The position numbers were made by a program, and so were the translations under genes. The notes below the pieces were generated by a model, which did no database searches, was not told the DNA's origin, and worked only from the letters and a program-made list of their open reading frames with translations. From NCBI RefSeq assembly GCF_001194135.2, contig NC_068999.1, forward strand, positions 13,364,328 through 13,428,327: a stretch of DNA of 64,000 nt. The letters run 5' to 3'. The DNA is from Octopus bimaculoides. Lineage: Eukaryota. Positions 26,791 to 40,279 of this stretch are shown here, in pieces (the first letter of the stretch is position 1; every line of letters begins with the position of its first letter).

Positions 26791-27820
26791 ACAAAAATGG
26801 AAGTGGAGAATGAGAAAAACAGAAAAGAAAGCTGGTGTAGAATATAACCAGGATGTAATAACGAAGATATGGTCTAGCTGATAATTTCGATGGAGTAATA
26901 ATTTAGGCAGATTTTAGATTTTGATTACTAAATCGCAATGACATCAAAACAATTTTATCATAACTCGACTTCCTTACTCTCACTTCCAAAATGTGTGAAA
27001 CTTACTACAGTTATATATATCAATATACATTTTACTCACATTTCGGGCATAACATTTATCATCGACTGAAAAGTGTGTGCGCTTATGTAAATAAGATATA
27101 ATCTTTCAAAGTCCTTACACTAAATAAGGCCTGCGTTAGAAAGAGCGTTTAGCAATTCGGTAATAGCATTCATTATGCACGATTTTAAGCTGGCTTTTCT
27201 ACACAGGAAATTGCGTTATTTTCAGCTAATGTGGACATCACAAAACACTTTAATGATTTCTTTATCAAGTATATTTGCTGTGCAACGAACTCTTCAAACA
27301 TTTGCACATATTTATGTTTATCTTGTTGGTGGATTTTGCACAAACGTCTGCTTCTGGTTTTGTGAGTGTCTGTCCTCTCATGTAAGTCAGTAGTATTCAG
27401 CAGGTGAATAGGTATAGCCTTGGCATTAGAGACATATCATACATGCACAAAATAACGCACAAGTACACATCCATGTATATAAGTATCTATAGTGGTTTGC
27501 ATGTGAGTATATGTGTCACACACATACACATATATACATAACTATATTTATAAAATTGAATATTTTTCTATATGTGTATGTGTGCAAAATTGTTAATCCC
27601 GTATTCATAAATATGTCTCACTTACATAAACTTGTTTGTATTTTAGTAAACTCATGCTAGCCGCAATATAACTGAAGCCATTTCAGAACCATGCATACGT
27701 TTAGAATCGTAACGTATGAGTGTGTAACATAGTGCATATAAATAAACAATCTACATCTTAATTCAAAGTTGAAATGTTGAATGGATTATCATTCGTTTAC
27801 TGTTACATTTAGACGCACGG

Positions 27821-27827
<7 letters not shown>

Positions 27828-27906
<79 letters not shown>

Positions 27907-27947
27907 TGTGTGTATGTGTGTGTGTATGTGTGTGTGTGTGTGTATGT

Positions 27948-27983
<36 letters not shown>
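27828..27983. repeat. (TA)n(TG)n(TA)n compound microsatellite
   Basis: Directly visible. Confidence 0.9.
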
Positions 27984-27986
<3 letters not shown>

Positions 27987-28281
27987 TAGTCAATTTAGAA
28001 TAAACTGTCAATTGAAATAAAACATTAATAAAATCAACGGACAACAAGATATCTAGCACAAGGAATGTATTAGCTTGACAGTCAGTTAAAAGAATGAATT
28101 AGCTCTTCGTCGAAAGGAGTGATCAAAATCGCCAAGATACACACACACAGAATCTCGCGCACGCACACAGGCATACATATAACGTGGATAACTTAGATAT
28201 TTCAGTTCTATATTTAAGAGATGAGGAATTACGTACATTATCTACATTCGACGGTTATGTGTCCTCATTTTGTTTGTTGTT

Positions 28282-28327
28282 AACACAACCTTTCGACTGA
28301 TATACCCTGCAGCCTTCTTCAGGTGTC
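28282..28327 (-). ncRNA. Minimal type I hammerhead ribozyme motif, variant copy (GAAAGGUU)
   Basis: Reverse complement reads gacac-ctgaaga-a-ggctg-cagggtatat-cagtc-gaaa-ggtt-gtgtt; the stem III palindrome AACGUU is changed to AAGGUU. Confidence 0.5.
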
Positions 28328-28408
28328 TTTGGGAAATTTCGAACGTGGGTTCTCATTCCTAGGTATGAGAACCGTAAGAATGAGAACCCATGTTCGAAAT
28401 TTCCCAAA

Positions 28409-28454
28409 GACACCTGAAGAAGGCTGCAGGGTATATCAGTCGAAACGTTGTGTT
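28409..28454 (+). ncRNA. Minimal type I hammerhead ribozyme motif (Penelope-type)
   Basis: GACAC (stem I) CUGAAGA, extra A, GGCUG/CAGUC (stem II, 5 bp), GAAA, CG, UU, GUGUU (stem I'). Palindromic AACGUU replaces stem III, as in PLE minimal hammerheads. Confidence 0.7.
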
Positions 28455-28589
28455 AACAACAAACAAGATGAGGACAAATATCCGCCGAATGTAAATCGTT
28501 TAACTTAGACACGTTGGACTAAAGATTATTCCAGGCCATGTGGAACTTATTAGCAGCACTTGATAGGATTAGTTACTTACTTTTTTAAG

Positions 28590-29090
28590 TCTAGTTTTGT
28601 GTATCATGGTTCATTCGAGTAGGGTGTTCTTGTTGAGTATGTTGTATCCAGTTATATGTGACTTATCTGGTATTCCTTGAAGAAATTCATCCAGATTCCG
28701 TTTAAATGTAATGGGATCCTTTTCTTCTTTGGTCCTTCAGGATAATGTTAAATAAGTCAGGGCCAGTTGCGGAAAAGAAGTTGTGTCACAGTTTATTTAT
28801 TTGTTGTGATCCTGAATCGGGTAGTGTAATATAGCGCGTGGTCTTAGCATTGGATGACTTTTGAATTTAATGTTGAAGTATTTGGCAATAATGGTGGCAC
28901 ATCTACATCGTACAAATCATGTAACATTCACGGCGGCGCTGGAGAGAATAGAGTTTCAATGTTATAAGGCGTTCCCAATAATCGAGATCAGCATGATCTG
29001 CAGTATTGTTTCTGCAGTACTTCTGCCATTTCTTTAGCATCGTGTTGGACAATTAATGCCGTGGACCACCGAGTGAGACAGCGGGCCTAT
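28590..29090 (-). mobile_element. CR1-type LINE ORF2 3' end, fused to an upstream ORF2 fragment
   Basis: DYWERLITLKLYSLQRRRECYMICT...KFKSHPMLRPRA...KDPITFKRNLDEFLQGIPDK...NKNTLLE; immediately 5' of it lies IGPL...DAKEMAEVLQKQYC, typical of the EN-RT linker. Confidence 0.8.
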
Positions 29091-29200
29091 ACTCATTTGC
29101 ATATGAATAGAACACTCTTGGATTCTGTTTGATGTTTTTGATTACAAACTAAATATACACACATACATATACACATACACACATATGCATACATATAAAT

Positions 29201-29246
<46 letters not shown>

Positions 29247-29256
29247 ACACACACAT

Positions 29257-29288
<32 letters not shown>

Positions 29289-29876
29289 TTAATGGTGAAT
29301 ACTGAGCAGTGAAGAACATTACAAACTTTAGGGAAAACACGTTGTGAACATTGCCTATAAATCATTATTAATAATTATGACGGACTTCAATATCCTGAAT
29401 GAAAGGCAGGAGCTACCGCCAAAATGTATTTAAAAATATAGATCATTTACTTGTTCATTATTCATTTGAGAATTATGTAACACCTGTGCACCTACTCATC
29501 ACAATAGTTTAGAGATAACATATTTTAATTAATTGCCACCATTCTTCTTTTCTCCAATTAAGGAATATTTCTATTACTCTAGTTTTCTCGCTGTTTATTA
29601 TGATGACAAGATAACTATTTTATTTTTCCTTATTTAACATTATTTGTCCTTTCTTATTGATATTGCTTGGTTTTACTGTTATTCTCTTTTTACTTTTATC
29701 TTATTCACTTAGTACGTGTATCAGTTAATATACCACATTGTATGAGAATTATACGTTAACCTTACTATTTCAGGTTTACCAGAGATATTTTAGTTCTATA
29801 ATTTACGAGTGGACTGGAGTCTTGGTCTTAATTTTGATTTACCTAATATAGTATTTTTGGAATACATAATTACTAT

Positions 29877-30055
29877 AAGGCCGCGGACTGGCAGAATATT
29901 TAGCATGCCGCTTGAAATGCTTCTGTCTATACGCTCTGTGTTCAGATTCCGCCGAGGTCGACTTTGCCTTTCATCCCTTCAGCGTAGTACTAGTTGGGTA
30001 TTGGAGTCCCCTCCCCGACAATTTCGGGTTTTCTGCCTAGACTAGAAAAGAATAC
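29877..30055 (+). mobile_element. SINE family A
   Basis: ggactggcagaatatttagcatgccg...gtgttcagattccgccgaggtcgactttgcctttcatcc (A-box-like and B-box-like motifs). Confidence 0.75.
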
Positions 30056-30393
30056 GAAATTAATATTTCTCCCCATTTGTGGTAACTTTTTATGCTGATA
30101 AACTCGTATCAAATATTTAGATGTTGATTATGCAGGTTCAAAATGCATAGCGGCTCTCAACATGCCTAGGTGCCTGTATATTAGAAAATACAGCCTATTG
30201 AAGACAAAGTAGTAATTGCCAACAGTCTACCACTGACCTTAAAGAGTGTGTAGAGTAACACATTTCTTTATTCGATTTCAATGCCCTTCACTCGTAACAA
30301 GAGCCCACACTGTCTCACACTTGATGCTTTAAAATAAACGTACATGACATTATACCTGTACCCATATACATAAATACATACATACATACATAC

Positions 30394-30427
<34 letters not shown>

Positions 30428-32639
30428 NNNNNNNNNNNNNNNNNNNNNNNNNNNNNNNNNNNNNNNNNNNNNNNNNNNNNNNNNNNNNNNNNNNNNNNNN
30501 NNNNNNNNNNNNNNNNNNNNNNNNNNNNNNNNNNNNNNNNNNNNNNNNNNNNNNNNNNNNNNNNNNNNNNNNNNNNNNNNNNNNNNNNNNNNNNNNNNNN
30601 NNNNNNNNNNNNNNNNNNNNNNNNNNNNNNNNNNNNTATATATATATATATATATATTACTATTATAGAATGACACATTTATGTGTATATAAGGGAAACT
30701 ACAGATATTCATCTTCGAATATTTGGATTGGTTTGTTTGTAGAGAATAGACGAATCTGATGTGTAATCTTTTCTCTTGCGTAATGTATATTATATCAATA
30801 GAATTGTTTCAAATAAAAAGTCACGTTTCTATATATTTTGTAATACAGATTTGCATCGACAATATATATTCCTTTACGTTATATATGAGTAACATAATAC
30901 ATTATTTAATATTTTTGTAAGTGGAGTAGAAAATGTAGCTACTCTTCTGAGATATACCAGAATTTGATTTATAGCTTTGCTTGTTATGAGAAGAAGAGAA
31001 AGCAAAATACATAAAGAACAATGAAGGAAATCACTTGAAATGAAACACGAAAATATACAAAAAAACATACTGATTGAGACAATGCAATTAACTTCAAAAC
31101 ACAATCAAAACACAATAGGAAAATAAATCACGATTCATTACTCACAACAAAACCAATACCTGCCAATAGGATGCAAAAATTATGTGACAGTAATACCTTC
31201 AAAGCCTACAAGCTGTAAAAGAAACAGAACAAACGGCATCGTATGCGGCAGGACTCGCAAAAAACAAAGCGAAGGATAAGCTATGACAAATACAACACAT
31301 GCACATCAGTGAAAACACTGACTATCAATCCCAAGAAACTCCGTAATTAAATTGAAATGAAATAAAACAAACTTTTAAAAATTTTATAGGAGTAGTCTTC
31401 ACGCAACTAGCAATATCACCAATCAAGGAAAAGACAGTAAAACATCCATTTAAACGGCAAGCGAATAAAAAGACTTTATTTGTTTAATTTCACATTTTTA
31501 TCACTTCTTCAATGTTTAGCTATGATTGATTACCCGATGAAGTGAACTAAATTAAGTGCAAAAACGATATATGTAAATTTATCACATTCTTTAAATACAG
31601 CAGAATGAAAGAAATAATGCGAGAAATAACTAAGAAAAACAGTAAAATTAAATTCAAATATTTGAGAGCAATCATTTTATTTTATCATTTCTTTGGTTGG
31701 CTCGATAAATTTACGTGACATTGGGAAGTGATTATGTTGGAGTACATAATAATGTTAACAACTTGAGTGGAACATTGAAGAGTCTGTCTGTGTGTTCTAC
31801 TGTAAGAGTATGAAACTTATGTTGCACATTAACAGTAGAAAAAAAAAAGAAGTGAATAAACTAAGACAAGTTTGATGTGTTATAGAATCATTTTAAGTGA
31901 GACGACAATGTTATGCAGACGCTAAACAGACACAAAATAAATAGCTATTGTATTTATATCTATTTTAGTTGTGTAATCTACTACAGATGGGCCCATATTT
32001 CATCTGTCCCAAAGGTGCTTAACATTTTGTGATTTCACTAATTCCTTACTGAAGGCCGGTGCAATTCTGGAGAGGGGGTGTTAGAGAGTCAGTAATACTT
32101 AACTTGGACGGCTAAACTTGTTTATCTTCTCTGAAATATGGAATGGGAAAGCGATATTAGATTAATTACAATCAAAAATATAAGAGATCCAAAATTGATA
32201 TCTCATTTCCTTGTATCTGAATGATTTTAGAATGATTTTGCTTTGTGTTCTAAAGTGTTTGCCTGACTGTGTAACGACCCAGGACATTCGTCTCTGCTAA
32301 ATTGTTCATAATCAAAAGTTCATAGTTAAGATACTAATATAATTGACTTGTAATTCGATAAGTTTACATTTATAAGATTGTTATAGTTGACCCTCTACTA
32401 ATGAACAGGAATACTAAAACATTGTGTGTGTGTATGTGGGGTCTGTATGCGGGGGCGCGTGTCTGTGTGTGTGAACTTCCGCTTTGAGAAACACCCGTCG
32501 TAATTATGGCTTCCACCGCTAGAACTCACTTCATGCACCCCTCAGTCATAAATATGCTGACCGGTATCATCGCGTGTAGTCTTCCTGCCACATGGTGGAT
32601 TGTTGGTTTGCAGTCCTCCTCCCTTGTTTGTCCATTTTT

Positions 32640-33270
32640 GTGACGGCTGAAACGAAGTAAAAACGTGCATCCGTGTGAAATTCTGTTATCTGCTAGCGAA
32701 AACAGCGACTGAAAGAGTTGCTATGGTTGTAACATCTTCCAAATATTTTGCCATGAGCAGAACACACGGTTCCGAGTGGTTTTCACGCTTTGGAAATGGT
32801 CAATTTTGGCTTGAAGACCAACCTCGTTATGGACGGCCGTCAACCTCACGAAGGATTGTAAACATCATGAGAATACATGAAATGATATTTGAAGGGCTAT
32901 CACTGAAACAATGAGGTAGACGTTGAAATGATTGGCGTTAGCTGGAGCTCCTGTCAACGAATTTTCAGCGAGGAATTGGGAATGAAAAGAGTTATATCAA
33001 AATTTGGTTCTTGATTGCTGACGGAAGATCGAAAGCAGCTGTAATCGTGTGGTGAACTGAAAGAACAGCTGGAAATTGCTCCTAAAATGTTTTTGAGGTG
33101 CATCACCATCGGCAAAATATGGTGCTACGGAATTTGAAGACGTTGAAGAGGTGAAGAAAAGCAACCACGGAGGCGTTAACACGCATTGCTTTTTAAGTGA
33201 TCCATCAGTGGAAAACGCGTCTGCACCGATATATTGCTTTCTTACGTTGAAGGCGATAAATGTGTAAACA
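32640..33270 (+). mobile_element. Internally deleted mariner transposase relic
   Basis: KFCYLLAKTATE...MSRTHGSEWFSRFGNGQFWLEDQPRYGRPSTS; GVSWSSCQRIFSEELGMKRVISKF; ELKEQLEIAPK...WCYG; then jumps to FEDVEEVKK...QWKTRLHRYI...EGD. Confidence 0.85.
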
Positions 33271-33305
33271 TGTAAAAATAAGTGAATAAAATAAAACGTC
33301 AAAGA

Positions 33306-33306
<1 letters not shown>

Positions 33307-33349
<43 letters not shown>

Positions 33350-33357
33350 CGTATATG

Positions 33358-33409
<52 letters not shown>

Positions 33410-33470
33410 GGTGTGTGTGTGTGTGAGTGTGTGTGTGTCTGTGTGTGTATATGTGTGTGTATGTGTGCGT
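33307..33470. repeat. (TA)n(TG)n compound microsatellite
   Basis: Directly visible. Confidence 0.9.
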
Positions 33471-35508
33471 GTTCCGATTTGTAAAAGCGTACGATATTTT
33501 ACAAATCAGTATGACTTGATATGTGTACTGATTTTCTGTCAATACATTGATAAGCATTCAAGTATTTGAACTGGCGAACTTCTCATCCTCAGCATACTGT
33601 ACAACCAACAGTTAATACTTCACCCATAGAATCCTGTAATGTAAGTGACAGGATGAATCAACATTTAGTTGTCAAAATAGGAAGAAGGTAAGAGTGTTAG
33701 AGAAAGAGTGCAGGAAACAAACTAAGAAAGTATATGAACGAACAGAATTGACGGTACTCTTTAGATTTTAGATCATTTATCGAACACAAAAGAGTGGGAC
33801 GTGATATGGATCTCAATGAATTTCGGAATCATTGTGTATTATTCTCTCCGAAATTATCTATGTTACGCTCATCGCCAATATAGAGATTCTATGCATTTAC
33901 TGGCTTAAATTCACTGACTTAAATGGTGATGAATTAGTTTTCTACTATTTGCTATAGAAACGCTAGCTATGTAATATCTACACAGTAGTAATTTACTTTT
34001 AAACAACTGGTAACTTAAACATCGCGAATCCTTATTCAATATTACAGAAGCAAACGATTGATTCTACAGGAGTTCCGAAATTCAAGAAACGCCAAGATGC
34101 CGCTGGATCTCCATTACATAACACTCAAAGATTTTCTAAAATCTTTTATTCTATAATGTGATCCTAGGTTCAGTAAGCACCGCTGCAACACTAGCTAGGC
34201 TGAGTTGGAATGCATATCTTGAGTTGTATATTCGAGTTACCAGAGTTAATCTAGGTGAAAATCAGCATTGAAGAAAAAGAACCACAAAATATATACCTTC
34301 ATGTCCAATGATTTGAACGGAATAAGAGCAAAACATTTCAATGTTATTATCGATAAAAATTAGAAAAAAGACACAAGTACATTAATAGCCGAAGTATGAA
34401 GCGTTACACGGTCGGGTGATTTCGTTTATACTAGAAATACTTGTGAATCTGCATTTGAAACCATAACACAGTTATAGAATTTTAGGAGCTAAGCCCGGTT
34501 TCACCCAGTCGCATTTGATGCCTGTAAATCTGCTGTGTGTAAGCATTCGACTTGCGTTAAAAAACAATTTTAGAAACAGTTTTGTTTCCCTCAAGACGCT
34601 AATAATAACTGACCATCTCACAATAAAAAAACAACCAAGATTCAACCAAATCAAAATAAACCCAAATAGTAAGTGAACAAAGATGAACCATCCCGCTTCC
34701 ATTACGCACACATACAAACAGACAGACAGACAGACACACACACACACACACACACCCACACACACACACATACACACACACACACACACACACGCTCGCA
34801 TACATTGACATACCCCCTTATACAGACACAGATTTACATTCACACAGAGTTGAAACGCAGTTTGATTTATTTGTTCAGCGTACAATTTGCATCATCCCAC
34901 TACCAAGTGTGACATCTCCCCTTCCTTTCTAATTCATAAACACAAGAGTATTATAGTAGATTATCTCGGGAACCATGGGAGCTATGAAAAAATGCAAAGC
35001 ATAGCATCACCACCGGCTAAGTTTACACATCTGTGTAATCTTTCGGGCAATTCCACAAAGACGTTTGACCATGAATTCCACCCAGACGTTTGACCAAGAA
35101 AGAATCACCCATGACAAATTTATAGGTATACGTTATACATGAGTTGCAAGGTAATTTAATATTATCATTCATACGCCTATTAATCATTTTTATGTAATTT
35201 TCTCTAGTTTGCCATTGCTGTCAGTTTGTTTCATTATGTAACATATTCTCATACATATTAGAACGTAGATATAGTTCTCCTTTATATGAATACCATATCC
35301 ACAAACGAAAAGTTGTCGAAAGCGTTACGGATTTCGAATTCACATGTTGCACTAGTTCTATCAAATATAAAATAGGATTCTCTTGATTCTCGCAGCTGAG
35401 GAAGTATCACTGGTTTTGTTGATATTGTAACTCATTGCAACTTTTTGACTGTAACGTGTAACGTATTATGTGGTCTGGATTATGAATTATTTTATATCAA
35501 CACTGTTC

Positions 35509-35556
35509 GACTCTCTCTCTCTCTCTCTCCTCTCACTCACTCTCTTCTCTCACTCG

Positions 35557-35597
<41 letters not shown>
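35509..35597. repeat. (CT)n-rich microsatellite running into a gap
   Basis: Directly visible; N-run 35598-36472 follows. Confidence 0.9.
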
Positions 35598-36472
35598 NNN
35601 NNNNNNNNNNNNNNNNNNNNNNNNNNNNNNNNNNNNNNNNNNNNNNNNNNNNNNNNNNNNNNNNNNNNNNNNNNNNNNNNNNNNNNNNNNNNNNNNNNNN
35701 NNNNNNNNNNNNNNNNNNNNNNNNNNNNNNNNNNNNNNNNNNNNNNNNNNNNNNNNNNNNNNNNNNNNNNNNNNNNNNNNNNNNNNNNNNNNNNNNNNNN
35801 NNNNNNNNNNNNNNNNNNNNNNNNNNNNNNNNNNNNNNNNNNNNNNNNNNNNNNNNNNNNNNNNNNNNNNNNNNNNNNNNNNNNNNNNNNNNNNNNNNNN
35901 NNNNNNNNNNNNNNNNNNNNNNNNNNNNNNNNNNNNNNNNNNNNNNNNNNNNNNNNNNNNNNNNNNNNNNNNNNNNNNNNNNNNNNNNNNNNNNNNNNNN
36001 NNNNNNNNNNNNNNNNNNNNNNNNNNNNNNNNNNNNNNNNNNNNNNNNNNNNNNNNNNNNNNNNNNNNNNNNNNNNNNNNNNNNNNNNNNNNNNNNNNNN
36101 NNNNNNNNNNNNNNNNNNNNNNNNNNNNNNNNNNNNNNNNNNNNNNNNNNNNNNNNNNNNNNNNNNNNNNNNNNNNNNNNNNNNNNNNNNNNNNNNNNNN
36201 NNNNNNNNNNNNNNNNNNNNNNNNNNNNNNNNNNNNNNNNNNNNNNNNNNNNNNNNNNNNNNNNNNNNNNNNNNNNNNNNNNNNNNNNNNNNNNNNNNNN
36301 NNNNNNNNNNNNNNNNNNNNNNNNNNNNNNNNNNNNNNNNNNNNNNNNNNNNNNNNNNNNNNNNNNNNNNNNNNNNNNNNNNNNNNNNNNNNNNNNNNNN
36401 NNNNNNNNNNNNNNNNNNNNNNNNNNNNNNNNNNNNNNNNNNNNNNNNNNNNNNNNNNNNNNNNNNNNNNNN

Positions 36473-36511
<39 letters not shown>

Positions 36512-37119
36512 ATGTGTGTGTGTGTGTATATTATACATACATATATATATATATATATTTATTTATTTATTTATATTATCATATTATCACCTCCATAACT
36601 ATATTTTGTTCCGGTAAAATTTAGAAAACATTGTTTATTATGTAAATGAAATTATGTATTCCATTAGTTACAATACAGCAATTTTAGAAAGCACTTAGGA
36701 ATTGTAGTTTTTAAATATACAATATATACTATAATGGCAGGAAAAAAACATATACGTATAGATAGAAAAAAATATCTAGAAATGCATAGACACACGGGAA
36801 ATTGAATTCACGCATACACAGTCTTACGCGTACACAACGTCACACACGTAAACAAGCATGCTGACAGATGCTGTCTACCCAGCGGTCTATCTATCGCTGT
36901 AGCTGCCTGTGAATTTATTTTTCTGACTTTCTGTCTGCATATCTATCTACTATACCTTGTATCATATAAATCTTTAAATATCAATGAATAACTCATTCTA
37001 AACATACGTATAATTTAGCGCATATATATAAATATATGTATATATATATAAACACACAAACACACACACACACATACACACACACGCACACACACATACA
37101 TACATATATATATATGTGC

Positions 37120-37162
<43 letters not shown>

Positions 37163-39740
37163 NNNNNNNNNNNNNNNNNNNNNNNNNNNNNNNNNNNNNN
37201 NNNNNNNNNNNNNNNNNNNNNNNNNNNNNNNNNNNNNNNNNNNNNNNNNNNNNNNNNNNNNNNNNNNNNNNNNNNNNNNNNNNNNNNNNNNNNNNNNNNN
37301 NNNNNNNNNNNNNNNNNNNNNNNNNNNNNNNNNNNNNNNNNNNNNNNNNNNNNNNNNNNNNNNNNNNNNNNNNNNNNNNNNNNNNNNNNNNNNNNNNNNN
37401 NNNNNNNNNNNNNNNNNNNNNNNNNNNNNNNNNNNNNNNNNNNNNNNNNNNNNNNNNNNNNNNAAACTTAAGTTTTATTGTTCTATTATTAAAAGTTGAT
37501 GTATCTCTATATGAATATTTTTTCTTACACTGGTATGCACATATATACACATCGAGCCAATTTATAACTGTCCAAGTTATCTTTCACTAACAAATTTAAT
37601 GGATCGTAAATGTTTGAGTTGCAGTTTCGTTCCCGTTATTCTATTTTGACTGCCATAATTAACTGTAAAAGTACTGATTCCAGGGTCGGCATTACCTTTT
37701 CCCTATGACAGAAAACGTCAAAGGTCCTAACCGTTAATGAAGTTAGCACAATTTTACATTAATTTTAAGAACAAAATATATTTTGTAAAAAAAAATCATC
37801 AATAATCTGCATGAAATGAAACAATATTTTTTAAAACATATTTATATATATATACATAAGCATATGAATGTACAGAAGTTGGACAAAATAATAGAACCTA
37901 TCTATTCAGGTGAAAGTTTAGTATTTAATAGGTTGCTGGCCCAACGTTGGTACTAGAACACGCCTAGGAACTGACCTTTATTCGTTGTATGAGGGACTTC
38001 GAGCATTCGTCAAGTAAAACCTGCTTTATTTGTTTATGGGATTAATATGTCCCAAAATAAACCATATATGTTTTGTTTCATTAAGATGAGGTTATTCTGC
38101 ACTGAATCTAAGCCATCAACACCAAGTTTGTGTTCTTTCTAGTAAATCTGAACAACATAAACACTTCACCTTATTGCTGTACTAAGGCTACTTCATATGT
38201 GTAAAATAGGTGGATAGTAACGGTCAAATTGAACAGATATACGCTTGCCCATAACTCTGACTAAAAGAAAATCTGCTGAGCTAAGGGTTCTGTGTTATGG
38301 CTGACAAAACTAACGGAGGACCACCTCAATGAAGGCGAGCAATGAAGTTCGAAGATTTCTTTGCAACGCCTCTGACCATAAACCTGCACCGAAATAGGAA
38401 GATAGAGCGGAAGAGGATACATTCGAGGATATCTCCATTAATTCCTTCTGTTTACCAAAAATGATAGGAAAATAGAGGGCATAAACAAATGCAACACATC
38501 CAAGGTATTTTGGTATATTTATCTCATGGCGAGTCGCTGTTGATGACACATTGTGAGGCAGGTGGTGCTCTAACTTAGCTGTCAATTTTCCTGCTGCATT
38601 TCTATAGACATAAGAGAACAGCGACTCACAGTCATCTTTTAAAGACAACTTGTTTGAACACACACACACACACACAAACTCACACACACAAACTCTCACA
38701 CACACACCCATTTAAATTTAGCTTCAGGTTGTTCTACTCTTGTCAAGTGGTCCGGGCTGCTGCTAATTATGTCCTTCGAATCGACCTGTTGTTTATTTCG
38801 AAGATTTTATTTAAATGTTCAGCGCACAATTTGTGGCGCAAAATATACCAAGATAAACAGGGTGCATTCTAGGCTTACTTCTCCTATAAGCAACCGAATT
38901 TTATTCAAATTTATGTGAGCCTTCCGAAGATCAGGTCGGCACTTTTCATTTACTGCCAACTGAAATTGTTCTTGCGCTGTGACTTTGAAGAATTATAACA
39001 TGTAATGATGAGACACGTGTTATTTGTCTCTAGAACATTGGACGTTCATATTAGTTCTCAAATTATCTCTCCGAATGTTCCTATGTTATCTTCCCCAATT
39101 TACCGCAAGAAAAGTTTCCTCCATGTCACAGACCTTTACATTTTTATACCACTTTCACTCAGAATATTCTCGACAAAATATATTCAGTTCATCTCATTGA
39201 CTCTTTAGTCATTTCAACAGACGATAGATTCCCCTCATAGTCAGTGCTATCTATACAGTACATCAAACTTTTGTCGCTTTGATACGCTAAGAACCCAGCC
39301 ACGAATTCACAATTTATCTCCATTTGTCTTTCCGTTCTCCGAGGTTCTACAAAAATATTGCCGGGAGCTATAAATAAACACCACAGCCTTGACAACAACG
39401 TGTAGTATACAGAATTGAACTTGCATTCCGAATCTGGTGAAACTCGAAGGAAACGATTCCAGTTACGATAACGAATAACATATCGACTTTAATAAAGATA
39501 GAAAATTCAAGTTCCTAATTTTGCATGCATGCCTGTGGTGAATCACACTGAGCAACAGATTGGCAGGTATTGCAATATATCCCCATGGGATGGATCAAAG
39601 ACTTTGGTGATTTAGGCCGAATTTGAAAGCTGATATATTTTGACATGTACTAAATGTACCAGACTTAATAATGCAATCAGTATTGTTCAATGTTCTAACA
39701 ATTCTGATAGTGCGCTTCTCTGAATTAAATCTCTGATCAT

Positions 39741-39752
39741 CATAATAATAAT

Positions 39753-39785
<33 letters not shown>

Positions 39786-39789
39786 AATC

Positions 39790-39847
<58 letters not shown>
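39741..39847. repeat. (AAT)n(AAC)n(AAT)n microsatellite
   Basis: Directly visible. Confidence 0.95.
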
Positions 39848-39850
<3 letters not shown>

Positions 39851-40279
39851 TTTATTTCTTACAATTATCAGTAAAAATAATGGAAATTGAAATAAATATA
39901 ATCATATTTCAAAAAATTATATTTAATAATTATACTTACTAAAATGATGATATCTTTTACAATTATTCTTGTACAATTACTGTCGTAATTTATAATAGAA
40001 GATTCAATAATCCCGCACTGTTTATATCGTACAGATGCCTCATAATTAATTTTTGCTCTGACATTTATGTTACAAGCGTTATTCAATTTCATTACAATTA
40101 TACACGACTGCAATTATCTATTGTTTGATTATGCATTTTGGTTTTAAACTAAAGAAAGATGTATTACTGAAAGGCGCTTAGAGAAGAATTTCGGAATATA
40201 GAAATTGGAAATATACATTAAATTTCATTGAAAGATATCTGGCGTGGAAATTAATTTCTCTTGTACATATTAGTAGTAT

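Larger units (their letters stand above)
28243..28493. repeat. Near-perfect inverted repeat, 116-bp arms and 19-bp spacer, Penelope-like terminal-repeat derived
   Basis: Arms 28243-28358 and 28378-28493 differ at 6 positions by hand alignment, with no gaps. Confidence 0.95.
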
